Origin: Polyangiales bacterium
GTDB lineage: Bacteria > Myxococcota_A > Polyangia > Polyangiales > JADJQN01
Direction of reading: 5' to 3'
NCBI GenBank assembly: GCA_964202905.1
Contig: CAXNJO010000007.1
Location: 32,001-96,000, forward strand
Length of the DNA: 64,000 nucleotides
The notes beneath the pieces were generated by a model. The model ran no database searches. It was given only the letters and a program-made list of their open reading frames with translations, and had not been told where the DNA came from. The position numbers and the translations under genes were made by a program. Positions 1-10,409 of this stretch are shown here, piece by piece (positions within the stretch are counted from its first letter, which is position 1; every line of letters begins with the position of its first letter).

Positions 1-900
1 CGACGCCGAGCGACTCCGAGTGGAAGGACCACGCCGCGCGCGCGTTCTGGACGGGTGCGAAGCCCTCGTTCGGATAGGCCGTCCATGCGCGCGTGCTCGA
101 ACCGCTGCGATCGAAGACGCCGAGACAGCTCGCGCCGCGCCCGCCTGCGGAGAAGCCCACGCCCACGCGCCCGAGCGGCCCGTGCACGATCCAGCGACGA
201 TGACCGAGGCTCGGCACGCCGCGGTCATCCATGAAGAGATCGATGCCCTCGGCGCCGCTCGCGACGCCGAGGAGCCGCTGCTCGAGCCCGCACCGGCCGC
301 GCCGTCGGCCGTGTAACAGGCCCACGACGTCGGCGGGGAGTGATCGAGGGAGCTGTTCACGCTCATCATGTGCGCGCACTGCTGATCGCGCGCGCGCTGC
401 GCCGCATCCTCGACGACCGGCCCGAGCCCCGAGAGCCAGCGATAGAGGTTCACGCGGCGCACCGTGTCGTCGACGGCGTCGGCGGGGACGGTGCCGGGAT
501 CGCACATCGAGGCGCCGCGCGTCCACGGGCTCGCCGCGCGGTCGACGGAGTCGCTGTTCCAGCGCATGCACATGGCGTCGCGCGTGCGCGTCGCGGGCTC
601 GCCCGGCGCCGCAGCGACGCATGCGCTCCCCGAGTCGACGAAGCCCGGCGCGCACGCGCACGCGCGCGTGGCCGCGTCGCAGCGCGCGCCCGCGCCACAC
701 GTCACGCCCGCGCACGGACCCGCGGGGCCCGCATCCGTTCGCCCCGCGTCTGCGCCGAGGTCGAGCATCACGACGGGCCCCCCGCCGCCCGTCCCCGGCT
801 CCGAATACACCTCACCGACGCAGCCTGCGCCCATCGCTACGAGCGCTGCGGAGAGCGCGAGCGTGGTGGACGTGTGACGACCCTCGCAGCGGTACGGCAT
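1..900 (-). CDS. CAP (SCP/PR-1-like) domain exported lipoprotein with Cys-rich EGF-like segment; runs off the window edge; two apparent frameshifts (~275, ~65)
   Basis: Own translation from ATG 900: hydrophobic leader ending GAGC, Cys-rich CAGVTCGAGARCDAATRACACAPGF, then VNLYRWLSGL...CAHMMSVNSSLDHSPP; after a frame change DLFMDDRGVPSLGHRRWI (CAP motif). Not in the ORF track. Confidence 0.65.
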   Translation of the reverse strand, partial: MPYRCEGRHTSTTLALSAALVAMGAGCVGEVYSEPGTGGGGPVVMLDLGADAGRTDAGPAGPCAGVTCGAGARCDAATRACACAPGFVDSGSACVAAAPGEPATRTRDAMCMRWNSDSVDRAASPWTRGASMCDPGTVPADAVDDTVRRVNLYRWLSGLGPVVEDAAQRARDQQCAHMMSVNSSLDHSPPTSWACYTADGAAGAGSSSGSSASRAAPRASISSWMTAACRASVIVAGSCTGRSGAWAWASPQAGAARAVSASSIAAVRARAHGRPIRTRASHPSRTRARRGPSTRSRSAS

Positions 901-907
901 GCGCACG

Positions 908-913
908 AGGGTA
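908..913 (-). promoter_or_regulatory. Extended -10 box (TGnTACCCT) 7 nt before ATG 900, leaderless-type promoter
   Basis: Minus strand reads TGT-TACCCT-cgtgcgc-ATG; no Shine-Dalgarno between box and start. Confidence 0.5.
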
Positions 914-923
914 ACAGAAGGGG

Positions 924-995
924 AGGCGCCGACCGGATTCGAACCGGTGTATGACGGTTTTGCAAACCGTTGCCTGACCACTTGGCTACGGCGCC
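924..995 (-). tRNA. tRNA-Cys (GCA)
   Basis: Reverse complement GGCGCCGTAGCCAAGTGGTCAGGCAACGGTTTGCAAAACCGTCATACACCGGTTCGAATCCGGTCGGCGCCT: acceptor stem GGCGCCG/CGGCGCC, anticodon loop TT-GCA-AA, T-loop GTTCGAATC, U73 discriminator; CCA not encoded (CCC follows). Confidence 0.97.
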
Positions 996-1205
996 GGAGG
1001 AGCGTGCGGACGCCAGCGCAAGCGCGAGCGAGCCGACCGTGTAGCGCGGCGCCGCGCGCTTGTCGAGATCCGATCGACGGGCGGCTGCGCAGCGGGGGAG
1101 GGCCGGGGGCGGACGCGAGGGGGCCGGGACCGCGGCGCCACGGATGTCAGGCGCGTCGCCGCACGGCTTTGAATCGCGCGGGGTTTCGGGTCAACATCGG
1201 CCGCC

Positions 1206-2075
1206 ATGACGAGCACCCAGCGCGAAATCGAGGTGTCCTACGACGTCTCGAACGAGTTCTTCCGGCTCTGGCTGGACGAGCGGATGCACTACACCTCGGC
1301 CAGCTACCTCACGGGCGACGAGACGCTCGAAGAGGCGCAGCTCCAGAAGTGCCGCATCCTCCACGACTACGCCGAGATGACGCCGGACAAGGCGGTGATG
1401 GACATCGGCTGCGGCTGGGGTTCGAACCTCGAGTACCTCGCCTCGCGCGGCGTGAAGAACGCGCACGGCATCACGCTCTCGACGCAGCAGCACGCCGAGA
1501 TCATGGCGCGCAAGCTGCCCGGCGTTGATGCCATCGTCTGTGACTACAAAGACTTCAAGCCCTCGATGCTCGGCCTCGAGAAGTACGACGCGCTCATCTC
1601 GATCGAGATGATCGACCACCTCTGCTCGCCCGCGCAGGCGAACCAGGGGCTCGCCGTCGAGATCTACCGCGAGTATTTCCGCAAGGTCGCGGGCTGGGTG
1701 AAGCCCGGGAGTTACTTCGGCTTCCAGGCGATCCTGCGCGACCGCGTGCCCCGCACGCGCGCCGACATCGCGGACCTCAAGTTCACCGCGGACGTCATCT
1801 TCCCGGGTGGTCTCAATCCCCGCCTCGAAGAGCTGATCATGGCCGTGCGCCCGTACTGGGAGGTCGTCGAGATGCGCACGCAGCGCACTTGCTACGGCAA
1901 GACGACGGGCGAGTGGCTGCGCCGTCTCCGTCTGCACGAGGCGGAGATTCGCGCGACGTACGGCGACGGCGTGTTCGACGACTACGACCGCTATCTGCGC
2001 ACGTGCGTGAAGGCGTTCGACTCGGAGTGGTCGAGCGACGTGCAGATGAAGCTGCGCTGGTGCCGTGCGGAGTGA
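1206..2075 (+). CDS. cfa: Cyclopropane-fatty-acyl-phospholipid synthase family SAM methyltransferase
   Basis: YDVSNEFFRLWLDERMHYTSA, LEEAQLQK, MDIGCGWG, GITLS, SIEMIDH, IFPGG motifs. Confidence 0.88.
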   Translation: MTSTQREIEVSYDVSNEFFRLWLDERMHYTSASYLTGDETLEEAQLQKCRILHDYAEMTPDKAVMDIGCGWGSNLEYLASRGVKNAHGITLSTQQHAEIMARKLPGVDAIVCDYKDFKPSMLGLEKYDALISIEMIDHLCSPAQANQGLAVEIYREYFRKVAGWVKPGSYFGFQAILRDRVPRTRADIADLKFTADVIFPGGLNPRLEELIMAVRPYWEVVEMRTQRTCYGKTTGEWLRRLRLHEAEIRATYGDGVFDDYDRYLRTCVKAFDSEWSSDVQMKLRWCRAE

Positions 2076-2082
2076 GCGCCCC

Positions 2083-3306
2083 ATGATCGCGCCGGGCGGC
2101 GCGTCGGCGTCCTCGACGGACCGCTTCGACGTGCTCGTGCTCGGCGCGAGCTATCTCGGCGCGGAGCTCGTGTACCTGCTGCGACGGCGCGCGCCGGCGT
2201 TGCGCGTCGCGGTGGTCGATCGGCAGCGCACGCACGGCTACATCCCGCTCGTGCACGAGCGGCTCGTGAGTCGGCTCGGCTGGGGCGCGAGCGTGCTGCG
2301 CACCGCCGACTTCGTCGCGCGCGAGGGGGCGAGCTTCATCTCTGGCGAGATCGCGTCGCTCGATCCGCAGCGCCGCCGAGTGACGCTTGCGGACGGGCGC
2401 GCGTTGTCGGCGCGCTTCGTCGTCGTCGCGCTCGGCTCGGAGACGACACCGCCCGCGTCGCTGCCGGGGCGCGCGCACTTCCTCGGCCACAAGTTCGCGG
2501 CCGAGACGGACGCGGCGCGGGCGCGGATCGCGGCGGTGCTCGGCGCGCAGGGCGCGGGTGGCGCGCAGCCGCGCGTGGTCGTCGTCGGGGGTGGGATCAG
2601 CGGGCTCGAACTCGCGGGGGAGCTCGCGCACCTCGCGCGCACTCGGCCTGCGGGTTGGCGCGCGCCCGCGGTGACGCTGGTGCACGCGGGTGAGCGGCTC
2701 GTGCCGCATTTCGCGCCGCGCGTGAGCGCGCTCGTCGAGCGGCGTTTGCGCGCACAGGGCGTGACGGTGCGCCACGGCGTGCGCGTCGTCGGCGCGGACG
2801 AGCGCGCGGTGTGCGTGCGCGACGGGGAGGGGCGCGAGGCGCAGCTGCCTGGCGAGCTCGCGTTCTGGTGCGGCGGTGTGCGACCGCCCGCGGTGCTCTC
2901 TGCGCTCGGGCTGCCGCGGACGCCGGACGGCTGGCTCGCGGTGCGGCCGACGCTCGCATGCGGCGCGTTCGGGCCCGATGTGTTCGCGGGCGGAGATTGC
3001 GCGCGCGTCGTCGACGAGCGGGGCGGAGTGTGGCCGACGATGCAGCGCGCGATCGAGGCGTTGTGGGCGGCGGACACGATCGCGGCGCAGATCGCGCGGC
3101 TCGCGAAAGAGCGCCCCGACTACCCGCGCGCGGTGCCCGCGCTGCGGCGGCACCCGCTGCGGCCCGATTTCTTCCACGGCCTCTCGATCGGGCGCGACTC
3201 GCTCGTCGTGCACGGCGCGCATGTGCTCGACCTCGGCCCGATCAACGTGCTGTTTCGGCGCTTTTTGATGTGGGGTTATCTGCGGCGCTACGGGCAGTGG
3301 CGCTGA
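2083..3306 (+). CDS. NAD(P)/FAD-dependent oxidoreductase (type II NADH dehydrogenase-like)
   Basis: N-terminal VLVLGASYLG, second Rossmann VVVGGGISGLELAGEL, VFAGGDCA. Confidence 0.8.
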   Translation: MIAPGGASASSTDRFDVLVLGASYLGAELVYLLRRRAPALRVAVVDRQRTHGYIPLVHERLVSRLGWGASVLRTADFVAREGASFISGEIASLDPQRRRVTLADGRALSARFVVVALGSETTPPASLPGRAHFLGHKFAAETDAARARIAAVLGAQGAGGAQPRVVVVGGGISGLELAGELAHLARTRPAGWRAPAVTLVHAGERLVPHFAPRVSALVERRLRAQGVTVRHGVRVVGADERAVCVRDGEGREAQLPGELAFWCGGVRPPAVLSALGLPRTPDGWLAVRPTLACGAFGPDVFAGGDCARVVDERGGVWPTMQRAIEALWAADTIAAQIARLAKERPDYPRAVPALRRHPLRPDFFHGLSIGRDSLVVHGAHVLDLGPINVLFRRFLMWGYLRRYGQWR

Positions 3307-4323
3307 GTGGCGCTTCCGCGTGCGCGAGGCGCGCGCCTTGACGCAGCGGCGCGGAGGGCCGACAACGCGCGCCGCCCGACGTGCCCGACGACCCCTCGAC
3401 CGACGACTGCGACGCGCCCCGCGCCCACGGCTTCTGCAGCGGCGCCGCCCGCGCTCGGTGTGCACCTCGTGCTCGCCGCGGTGCAGGTCGCGTTCGCGTC
3501 GCTCGCCGTCGCGGGCAAGCTCGCGCTCCGCGAGGTGCCGTCGCCGGCGCTCGCGCTCGTGCGGATCGGCGGGGCGTCGCTCGCTTTCCTCGTCTGGCGG
3601 CGCCTGCGCGGGCCGTTTCCGCGGATGTCGGCGCGCGATCTCGGCCTCCTGACGCTCTGCTCGGTGCTCGGCATCGCGGGGAACCAGCTGCTCTTTCTCG
3701 CGGGGCTCGCGCGCACGACGGCCACGAACGCGGCCGTGCTCTCGGCGGCGATCCCCGTACTCACCGTCGCGGCGGCCGTCGTGCTCGGTCGCGAGCGGCT
3801 CGCGCCTCGTCTCGCGGCGGGGCTCGCGGTCGCGTGCGCGGGGATGCTCTGGCTCGTGGGCGCCGATGGCTTCCGCTTGGAGGGCGGCACGCTCGTCGGC
3901 GATCTGCTGATCGTGCTCAACGCGAGCTGCTACGCGACGTACCTCGTGCTCGTGCGCGAGCCCATCGCGCGCCTCGGCGCGGACGTCGTCGTGCCCGTCG
4001 TCTTCGGGATCGGCGCCCTGCTCACGCTGCCCTTCGGGGCCGTGCCGCTCGCCGCGGTCGCGCCCGGGCTCGGCCCGTCGGCGTGGCTGCTCCTGCTCTA
4101 CGTCGTGCTCGTGCCGACCATCTTCACGTATGGCGCCAACGCCTGGGCGCTGGCGCGCGCGCCCTCGTCGCTCGTCGCGGTCTACATCTACGCGCAGCCC
4201 GTCTGCGCCGCCGCGCTCGCGTACGTGTTCCTCGACGAGCGCCCCGCGCCGCGCGCGTTCGCGGCCGCAGGGCTCGTCTTCGTGGGCATCGGGCTCGCGA
4301 CCTCAGGGCGACGCGCGCGTTGA
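3307..4323 (+). CDS. DMT/EamA family transporter (true start may be downstream)
   Basis: About 10 hydrophobic segments, GLARTTATNAAVL, LGRERL, GDLL, YAQPV, FLDE motifs. Confidence 0.85.
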   Translation: MALPRARGARLDAAARRADNARRPTCPTTPRPTTATRPAPTASAAAPPALGVHLVLAAVQVAFASLAVAGKLALREVPSPALALVRIGGASLAFLVWRRLRGPFPRMSARDLGLLTLCSVLGIAGNQLLFLAGLARTTATNAAVLSAAIPVLTVAAAVVLGRERLAPRLAAGLAVACAGMLWLVGADGFRLEGGTLVGDLLIVLNASCYATYLVLVREPIARLGADVVVPVVFGIGALLTLPFGAVPLAAVAPGLGPSAWLLLLYVVLVPTIFTYGANAWALARAPSSLVAVYIYAQPVCAAALAYVFLDERPAPRAFAAAGLVFVGIGLATSGRRAR

Positions 4324-5133
4324 CGCCGCGAGCGTCGGAGCGCGGCGCGCGTTGACGCCGTGCCGCGCCGCGGGCTAGCGTCGTCGCGCTGCGTCCGCCT
4401 TTTGCGGTGTGGCCCAGGAAGCGTGCTCGACGACGATCCCCGCCGCGCTCCCGCGCCGACGTTGCTCCGCGCCACCGGTGGGCGAGCTGGCGGGCCCGCG
4501 GTCGGCGCGGCGCCGGCGTCCGTGCGCGGCTGGTCGCTCGCGCGCGGTGCGCTGCGTGCTCGCCCCGGCGGCTTCGGTCCACCGCGCGTCGAGATGGCGC
4601 TGCGCGAGGACGACGCATCGGCCACGACCGCGCTCCTGTGGATCTCGGCGCGCGGGCTCGGTGGCCTCTTCACGCACGAGCACGTGGCGCCGCGGCCCAC
4701 ACAGCGGGGAGGCCTGCTCGGCTGGTGCCAGCGCCGCATCGACGCATGCCGCGCGTGGCGATTCGTCTTCGTGCTCGGTCGCGCGACGGCCGTCGTTCGC
4801 GTGCCCGCGCGCTGCGAGACGTGGCGCGTGTCGTCGCTCGGGTTCGCGGGCTTCGCGCGGTTCGAGGCGCGCTTCGCGGACGGGGTGCGCGGCTGGCTCG
4901 CGGGTGCCGCCCGCGCGCGCAGCACCCGGGCTCGGGGCGCGGCCGATCGCGCTCGCGCCGCGAGGCTTGGCATCGTTGGGGATGGTCAACGTCCGCCCGC
5001 GCGCGCAGCGCCTCGCGGTCGCCGCATCGTTCTCCCGCGCGCTGTCCGCGTCGCGTCCTTCGATCCTGTCCGTCGCCGTCCCGTCCACGGTCTCTGGCCC
5101 GCTCCTGCGCGCCGCGGACCCGCAGGAGCCCGC

Positions 5134-6471
5134 ATGAGCGCGTCCCCGATTCCGAGCGTCGAGCACCTCTACGACCAGTACCGCGCGCCGCGCGCGGGGT
5201 GGTTCACGCGGATGCTCTGGTGGTGCGCCGGCGCGGACCCGCTGATCCTCGGCGTCTGCCCGAACAGCGATCAGGTGAAGTACCAGGGGCTCGGCGGCAT
5301 CGTGCTCGCGACGGGCGTGCTCGCGTTCCTGAGCGGCACATGCGCCTTCTACATGGTGTTCGGCGCGGAGGTCACCGCGACCGGCGCGCGCGCCGCGGTG
5401 CCTTTTCTCCCTGCGAAGGCGGCCGCCGCGGGCTTCGCCTGGAGCCTCGTGATCTTCAACATCGATCGCTTCATCGTCTCGTCGAGCGGCCACGGCGACG
5501 GTACCGACCGCATCACCTTCCGCGAATTGCTCAACGGCCTCCCGCGCATGCTGATGGCGCTCATCATCGGCTTCGTGCTGTCGAAGCCGCTCGAGGTGCG
5601 CGTCTTTCAGGCCGAGGTCGAGGGCAAGCTCGCCGAAGAGATCTCCGCCGACGCCGAGCGGCGCCGCCTCGCGCGCGTGCACGAGCTCGAGATCGAGCGC
5701 GACAACCGCATCGCCGACGTGCAGCGCCAGCTCCGCGAATCGCAGGCGACGGTGGTGTCGCGACGACAGCAGCTCACGCAGGCCACCGAGACGCGTGACC
5801 GCCAGATCGAGACGGTGAATCGCGAGACGATGGGCGACGCGGGGAGTTCGGGGCGTGCGGGGTACGGGCCGCGCGCGGTGGCGCTCAACGCCGAGCTCGC
5901 GCGGCAAAATCAGGAGGTCGAGCGGCTCACGGCGTCCGTGCAGGAGGGCCTGCAGCAGGGGACGGCGCTCGAGCGCGAGATCGCGACGCTGCGCGACCGC
6001 TTCGCGACGCGCATGGAGGCCGCAGGCGAGGCCGCGAAGGCCGACGCGCGCACCATGGTGCGTGATGGTCTCATCCGTCGCATCGACCTCGCGCACCAAC
6101 TCGCTCCCTGGGGCACCTTCGCGCTGACGGTGCTGCTCTGGATGATCGAGCTCGGGCCGATCCTCTTCAAGATGATGGTGATCAAGGGCCCCTACGACTA
6201 CCTCTCCGACGACCTCAAGCGCGTCATCCTCGCGCGCGCGGGCATCGAGGAGCGCGTCGTGCCGGGCACTGACGACAGGCGGAGCACGGAGGGCAAGGCC
6301 GAGCACGTCACGCTGCATCACCGAGCGCTGCACGAGCTCGGCGTGCGCAAGCGCTCCCTCGAACGCGAAGAAGAGCTCGGGCGGCTCGCCGTGGACGAGC
6401 GCGCACGGCAGCTCGAGGCGTCGATCCGCGAGGCCCCGGAGGACTACGTGGTGACGAAGGAGAAGCCCTGA
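5134..6471 (+). CDS. DUF4407-family membrane coiled-coil protein
   Basis: WWCAGADPLIL...KYQGLGGIVLATG, IFNIDRFIVSS, PRMLMALIIGFVLSKPLE, long coiled coil with SGRAGYGPRA, IELGPILFK; GGAG upstream of ATG 5134. Confidence 0.8.
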   Translation: MSASPIPSVEHLYDQYRAPRAGWFTRMLWWCAGADPLILGVCPNSDQVKYQGLGGIVLATGVLAFLSGTCAFYMVFGAEVTATGARAAVPFLPAKAAAAGFAWSLVIFNIDRFIVSSSGHGDGTDRITFRELLNGLPRMLMALIIGFVLSKPLEVRVFQAEVEGKLAEEISADAERRRLARVHELEIERDNRIADVQRQLRESQATVVSRRQQLTQATETRDRQIETVNRETMGDAGSSGRAGYGPRAVALNAELARQNQEVERLTASVQEGLQQGTALEREIATLRDRFATRMEAAGEAAKADARTMVRDGLIRRIDLAHQLAPWGTFALTVLLWMIELGPILFKMMVIKGPYDYLSDDLKRVILARAGIEERVVPGTDDRRSTEGKAEHVTLHHRALHELGVRKRSLEREEELGRLAVDERARQLEASIREAPEDYVVTKEKP

Positions 6472-6494
6472 CGCGCGTTCGGCAGAGGCGCGCG

Positions 6495-7250
6495 GTGGGC
6501 GGTCCCGCAGGGCACCGCGCGGAGGGCACGCTTGCTGAGCCGCATCGCGGGCGTGCGGCGGCTGGGACCCCGCGATCGTCGCGTCGCTCGCGGCTGCGCG
6601 CGCAAGCGCAGTTCGCGGTCGCGGCGCTCGGCGTGCTCGCGTCGTCCCTGCTCGCCGGTCTCGGCGCGGGGCGCGGCGGCGCGCGCGCGTTCGGCTCGCC
6701 GTGGGTCGGGGCTGCGGTCGGGCTCGGGGCGGCGTTGCTCTGCCTCTCGACTCACCGCTTCGTCGTGGCCGCGGGGGGCGCGTCGCCCGCGGACGATGCC
6801 GCGGAGGTCGTGCGCTGGCGTCGTTCGCCGTGGTCCGCCCTCTACCTCGTCGTGTTCACGACGCTGCTCGCGGGGCCGCTCGCGCTCGGCATGGGCGGGC
6901 TCGCGGACGCCTTCGCGTACATGCGTCTGTTCGGCCTCGTCGCGTTGGTCGTGGTGTGCGCGGTGCCGCGCCACCGGCCCGCGCCGGGCCTCCTCGCGTA
7001 CGAGCACCTGCGCTGGGCGCTGCGGCGCCGCACGATCCTCGCGAACCACGCGCTCGCCCGCGCCCGCGTCGAGGCGCTGCTTTGCGGGCAGTTCGGCGTC
7101 GCGCTGCGCGACCTCGCCGAGCCCTTCGAGGACGCGCCCTTCGATCGTCGGCCACGCGTCAGCACGCTCGCGCCGCGCGGTCCGATCCAGCGTGGTCGCT
7201 CGCTCGCGGACGCGCTGCGGGCGGGGGCACGTCGAGGCGGGGGCGCTTGA
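6495..7250 (+). CDS. Membrane protein, probable degenerate DUF4407 paralogue (start uncertain, probable frameshift near 6600)
   Basis: QFAVAALGVLASSLLAG...LLCLSTHRFVVAAGG parallels KYQGLGGIVLATGVLA...VIFNIDRFIVSSSG of the upstream gene; no coiled coil. Confidence 0.45.
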   Translation: MGGPAGHRAEGTLAEPHRGRAAAGTPRSSRRSRLRAQAQFAVAALGVLASSLLAGLGAGRGGARAFGSPWVGAAVGLGAALLCLSTHRFVVAAGGASPADDAAEVVRWRRSPWSALYLVVFTTLLAGPLALGMGGLADAFAYMRLFGLVALVVVCAVPRHRPAPGLLAYEHLRWALRRRTILANHALARARVEALLCGQFGVALRDLAEPFEDAPFDRRPRVSTLAPRGPIQRGRSLADALRAGARRGGGA

Positions 7251-8945
7251 TCGGCGCGCGCTGGTACCGCGCCGCGTGCACCGCGCACTTCCGCGGTCGC
7301 TCGGCGGGGTTCGTCACGCGTTCGGACGGCGCGGGCCTCGGCGCGGCCGAGCGCTTCGACATCGAGGCGAGTGAAGCGCGACTCGAGTCGGTCGACGCGC
7401 TCGATGCCCCCCCCGCGCTCACGTCGGAGGGCGCGGGCGGGCTCGGGGCGCCCTTCCGCAGCGGTGGCGTCACCGTGTGGATCGGTGCGACGGGCGAGGG
7501 TGGCGACACCGAGTGGCTCGAGGCACGCGTCGAGACGCTCTGGATCGCGGATTGGGAGGTGCTCGACTCGGTCCGCGACGAGGGGCGCATCGCGGGGCGC
7601 CTGCGCGGGACGGCCTACATCGAGGTGACGGACGAGGCGACGCCGCAGGAGCCGCCGCTCGAGCGGCCCGCCGCCGTGCCCGCCGTGGAAAGCCTCCTCG
7701 GTGCGGGATGCAACGGCGCCCGCGCAACCCACGGAAGCGCATGTTCTGCCGCCGACGGCGCCGAGCACGTGGGATGTCGCGCGCGCTGCGCCCGCCGTGA
7801 GCTCCGGCGCTGTCGATCCGTGGCGCGCGATGGAGGGCGTCGACTTCGGGCTCGGGCGCGTGCGTGGGGGGCGTCGCAGCGGCTGCGCGTGGCTCGGCGG
7901 GGGCGCAGGGATGGGGGCGCTCCTGCTCGGCGGCTGCTGCCTGATCGGCCCAATTTTTCAGGCGATCGCCGGTATCGGCGTCGGCGGCGGGACGCTGCTC
8001 GGCGTCGTCGTCGCCGCGCTCGTCGCGCTCGGGTTGTCGGCCCTCGCGTGGCGTCTCTGGCGCCGCGACGCGACGGCCTCGCGCTCGGGTTGCGGCCCGC
8101 GGGTGCTTGCCATCCTGCTGCTCGTTTGGCTGCTCGGGGGCTGTCTCGCGGCCGCGATGATCGGCATGACGTGGTTCGGTCGCGGTGTGCCGCGCGTCGC
8201 CGCGCCGCTCCTCGGCGGGCTCGATCTCGGCTGCTGGCAGACGGGGATTGGCTATCGCGACCGCGCGGGTGAGCGCATCCGCGTGACCTGCCCGGGCTCG
8301 TGCGCGCTGCACCGCGTGTGGGGGACCGACGTCTACACGGACGACTCGTCGATCTGCGCGGCGGCGCAGCACGCGGGCCTCGTGGCGGGGCGGCGCACGG
8401 CGGTGACGATCCGCGTGCGGGAGGGGCGCGACGCGTACGTCGGCTCGTCGCGACACGGCGTCGAATCGAACGCGTGGGCGCGCTGGGGCGGGAGCTTCTC
8501 GTTCTGCGGTGGGCCGACGCCGGAGACACGCTGCGACGACGCGCCGCCCCGGAGCGTGTCTGCGCCGCCGTCGCGCGCGCCGTCGCACCGCACCCGGGTG
8601 TCGCTCTCGGTGTCGGTGGACCCGCACGCCGAGGGCGGCGCGTCGTGGGACGTCGCGAACGGGCTGCCCGACCTCGCGGTCTGCGTGACCACGGACGCGC
8701 GGCGCTGCGTTCCTGCGGACCGACACGATCGGCCGGGCGTCGTCCAGCGCTGTCGCGACGCGCTGCGCTGTCAGGTGCACGTGCCGATCGACCCGAAAGC
8801 GCGGACGCTCCACGTCGAGGTGATCGATCGCGACCCGGCCGAGAACGATCGGGTGGGCGAGGGGGACTGCGAGTTCGGCGGCTCGTGTCGCGTCGGTCGC
8901 GCACTCGTCACAGTCGGGCCCGGGCCCGCCATGGACGTTCCATGA
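7247..8945 (+). CDS. Membrane protein with LCCL domain and C-terminal C2-like domain; one apparent +1 frameshift near 7700
   Basis: TTG 7247 overlaps the upstream stop; span is 3n+1; 3 TM segments, then TCPGSC..VWGTDVYTDDSSICAAAQHAG...YVGSSRHGVES (LCCL), then WDVANGLPD...VEVIDRDPAENDRVG (C2-like). Confidence 0.7.
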
Positions 8946-8988
8946 GCGGGGAGCGCGCGCGACCTAGGACTGCGCGCCCCGCCGCCGA

Positions 8989-10381
8989 TCAGAGCGTGCT
9001 GCTCGCGATGACGCCGCGGAGATCGGCGCCGCGGTAGAAGTCCTGCACGCGGCGCAGGTCGCCGCGGGCGACGGCGTAGAGGATCGCGGCGGAGGCCGAG
9101 GAGGCCGTCTGCGCGGGGGACATGTCGGAGGACTCGCCGGTGGTGGGGTTCCAGCCGCGGACGTCGCCGTTGCGGTCGATGCCGCCGAACCAGCCCGTCT
9201 TGAGGCGGCCGTTGCCGAAGACGTACGTCCAGTTGGCGTTGCCGGGGGTGCCGTCGGGCCAGCCGCCGCGGTCGAGCGGGTTCTTCGGCGTGTCGCCGTG
9301 GATCGACATCACGAGGTTGTCGCCGATCTTCGTGCCCGCGCAGCTCGGGTCGTCGAGCGCCATGCAGTCTTCGTAGAAGGCGTCGAGCGTGCGGCCGAGC
9401 GTGCTCACGGTCATCCGCAGGCTGCCCATGTCCCCGAACGCGCCGTGCGGATCGTCCTGGAAGGCGGGGAGCACGACGCTCGAGGTGAGGCCGCGCGAGA
9501 ACGCGCGTGCCGCGATGATCAGGCCGCGCGCGAGCTCGCGGTTCTGCGCGCGGGAGCCGTCCGTGATGCCGTAGCGCGCGAAGTCGTCGGCCGTCGGCGT
9601 GAGCGCGCCGGCGAGGTTGCGCCCGATGAAGCGGGCCGAGCTCGCGCCCGTCGCGAGCGGCGCGCGCTGCGTCGGCAGGCGCGAGGCCGAGCGCAACGCC
9701 GCGAAGGCGCCGTAACTCGACGCGAAGAGCTCCGCGTCGCCGCTGTCCGCGAGCAGCCCGCCCGCGCGCGAGGCCGCGCTGTCGAAGAGGCGCACGATCT
9801 CGCCGGCCGCGCCGACGCGGGCCACGCGCGGGGCGCCGGGGGCGTTGCGATAGGGCGCGCCGCCGACGGCGATCACGGGGACGAGCGAGGGGTTCGCCGT
9901 TTGGATGGCGGCCGCGGCGCCGAACGAGATCGACGTTCATCGCGACGGTCGACGAGGACGCGGGCGTGCGTGTGTGCGTCTCGTTGTTGCCCGACATGAA
10001 CGCGGTGATCTGCTTCTGGCCGGGCAGCGTCTGGAAGGGCGTCTCGGGCGCGAAGGTGAGCGGCTTGTTCGTGCCGGTCGCCATGCGCGAGGCGCCCGGC
10101 GCGTGGAAGGCGAAGCCGTCGTTGCGGGCCGCGGCGACGTCGTTGTGCGGCCAGAGCAGCTGGAACCACGCGAAACCGCCGTCACCCGCGACGATGTGCA
10201 CGGAGCGGTTCGAGACCGCACAGGCCGCGTCGTCGGCGAGCGCCTTGCCGCCCGTGGCGCCGATCACCTCGAAGATCTTCCACTGCGGCACGGCCAGCGC
10301 GGCGCCGGCAGCGAGCGTCCAGCGAATGAAGGCGCGACGGCCGTGCTCGCGGCGCTCATCCTGCTCTCGTCGGGTCGTCAT
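8989..10381 (-). CDS. Tat-exported protein, DUF1501/DUF1552-like; +1 frameshift near 9925
   Basis: Twin-arginine signal GRRAFIRWTLAAGAALA; C-terminal part with DDPHGAF, HGDTPKNP, W..GTPGNANW, GNGRLKTGWFG; span is 3n+1; AGGAG RBS. Confidence 0.6.
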
Positions 10382-10409
10382 GGTCGTGGCTCCTTGAGGG
10401 GAAGAGGTG

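Noticed and set aside
924..995. tRNA-anchored genomic island
   Set aside because: No integrase, direct repeat or compositional shift is visible within the window.
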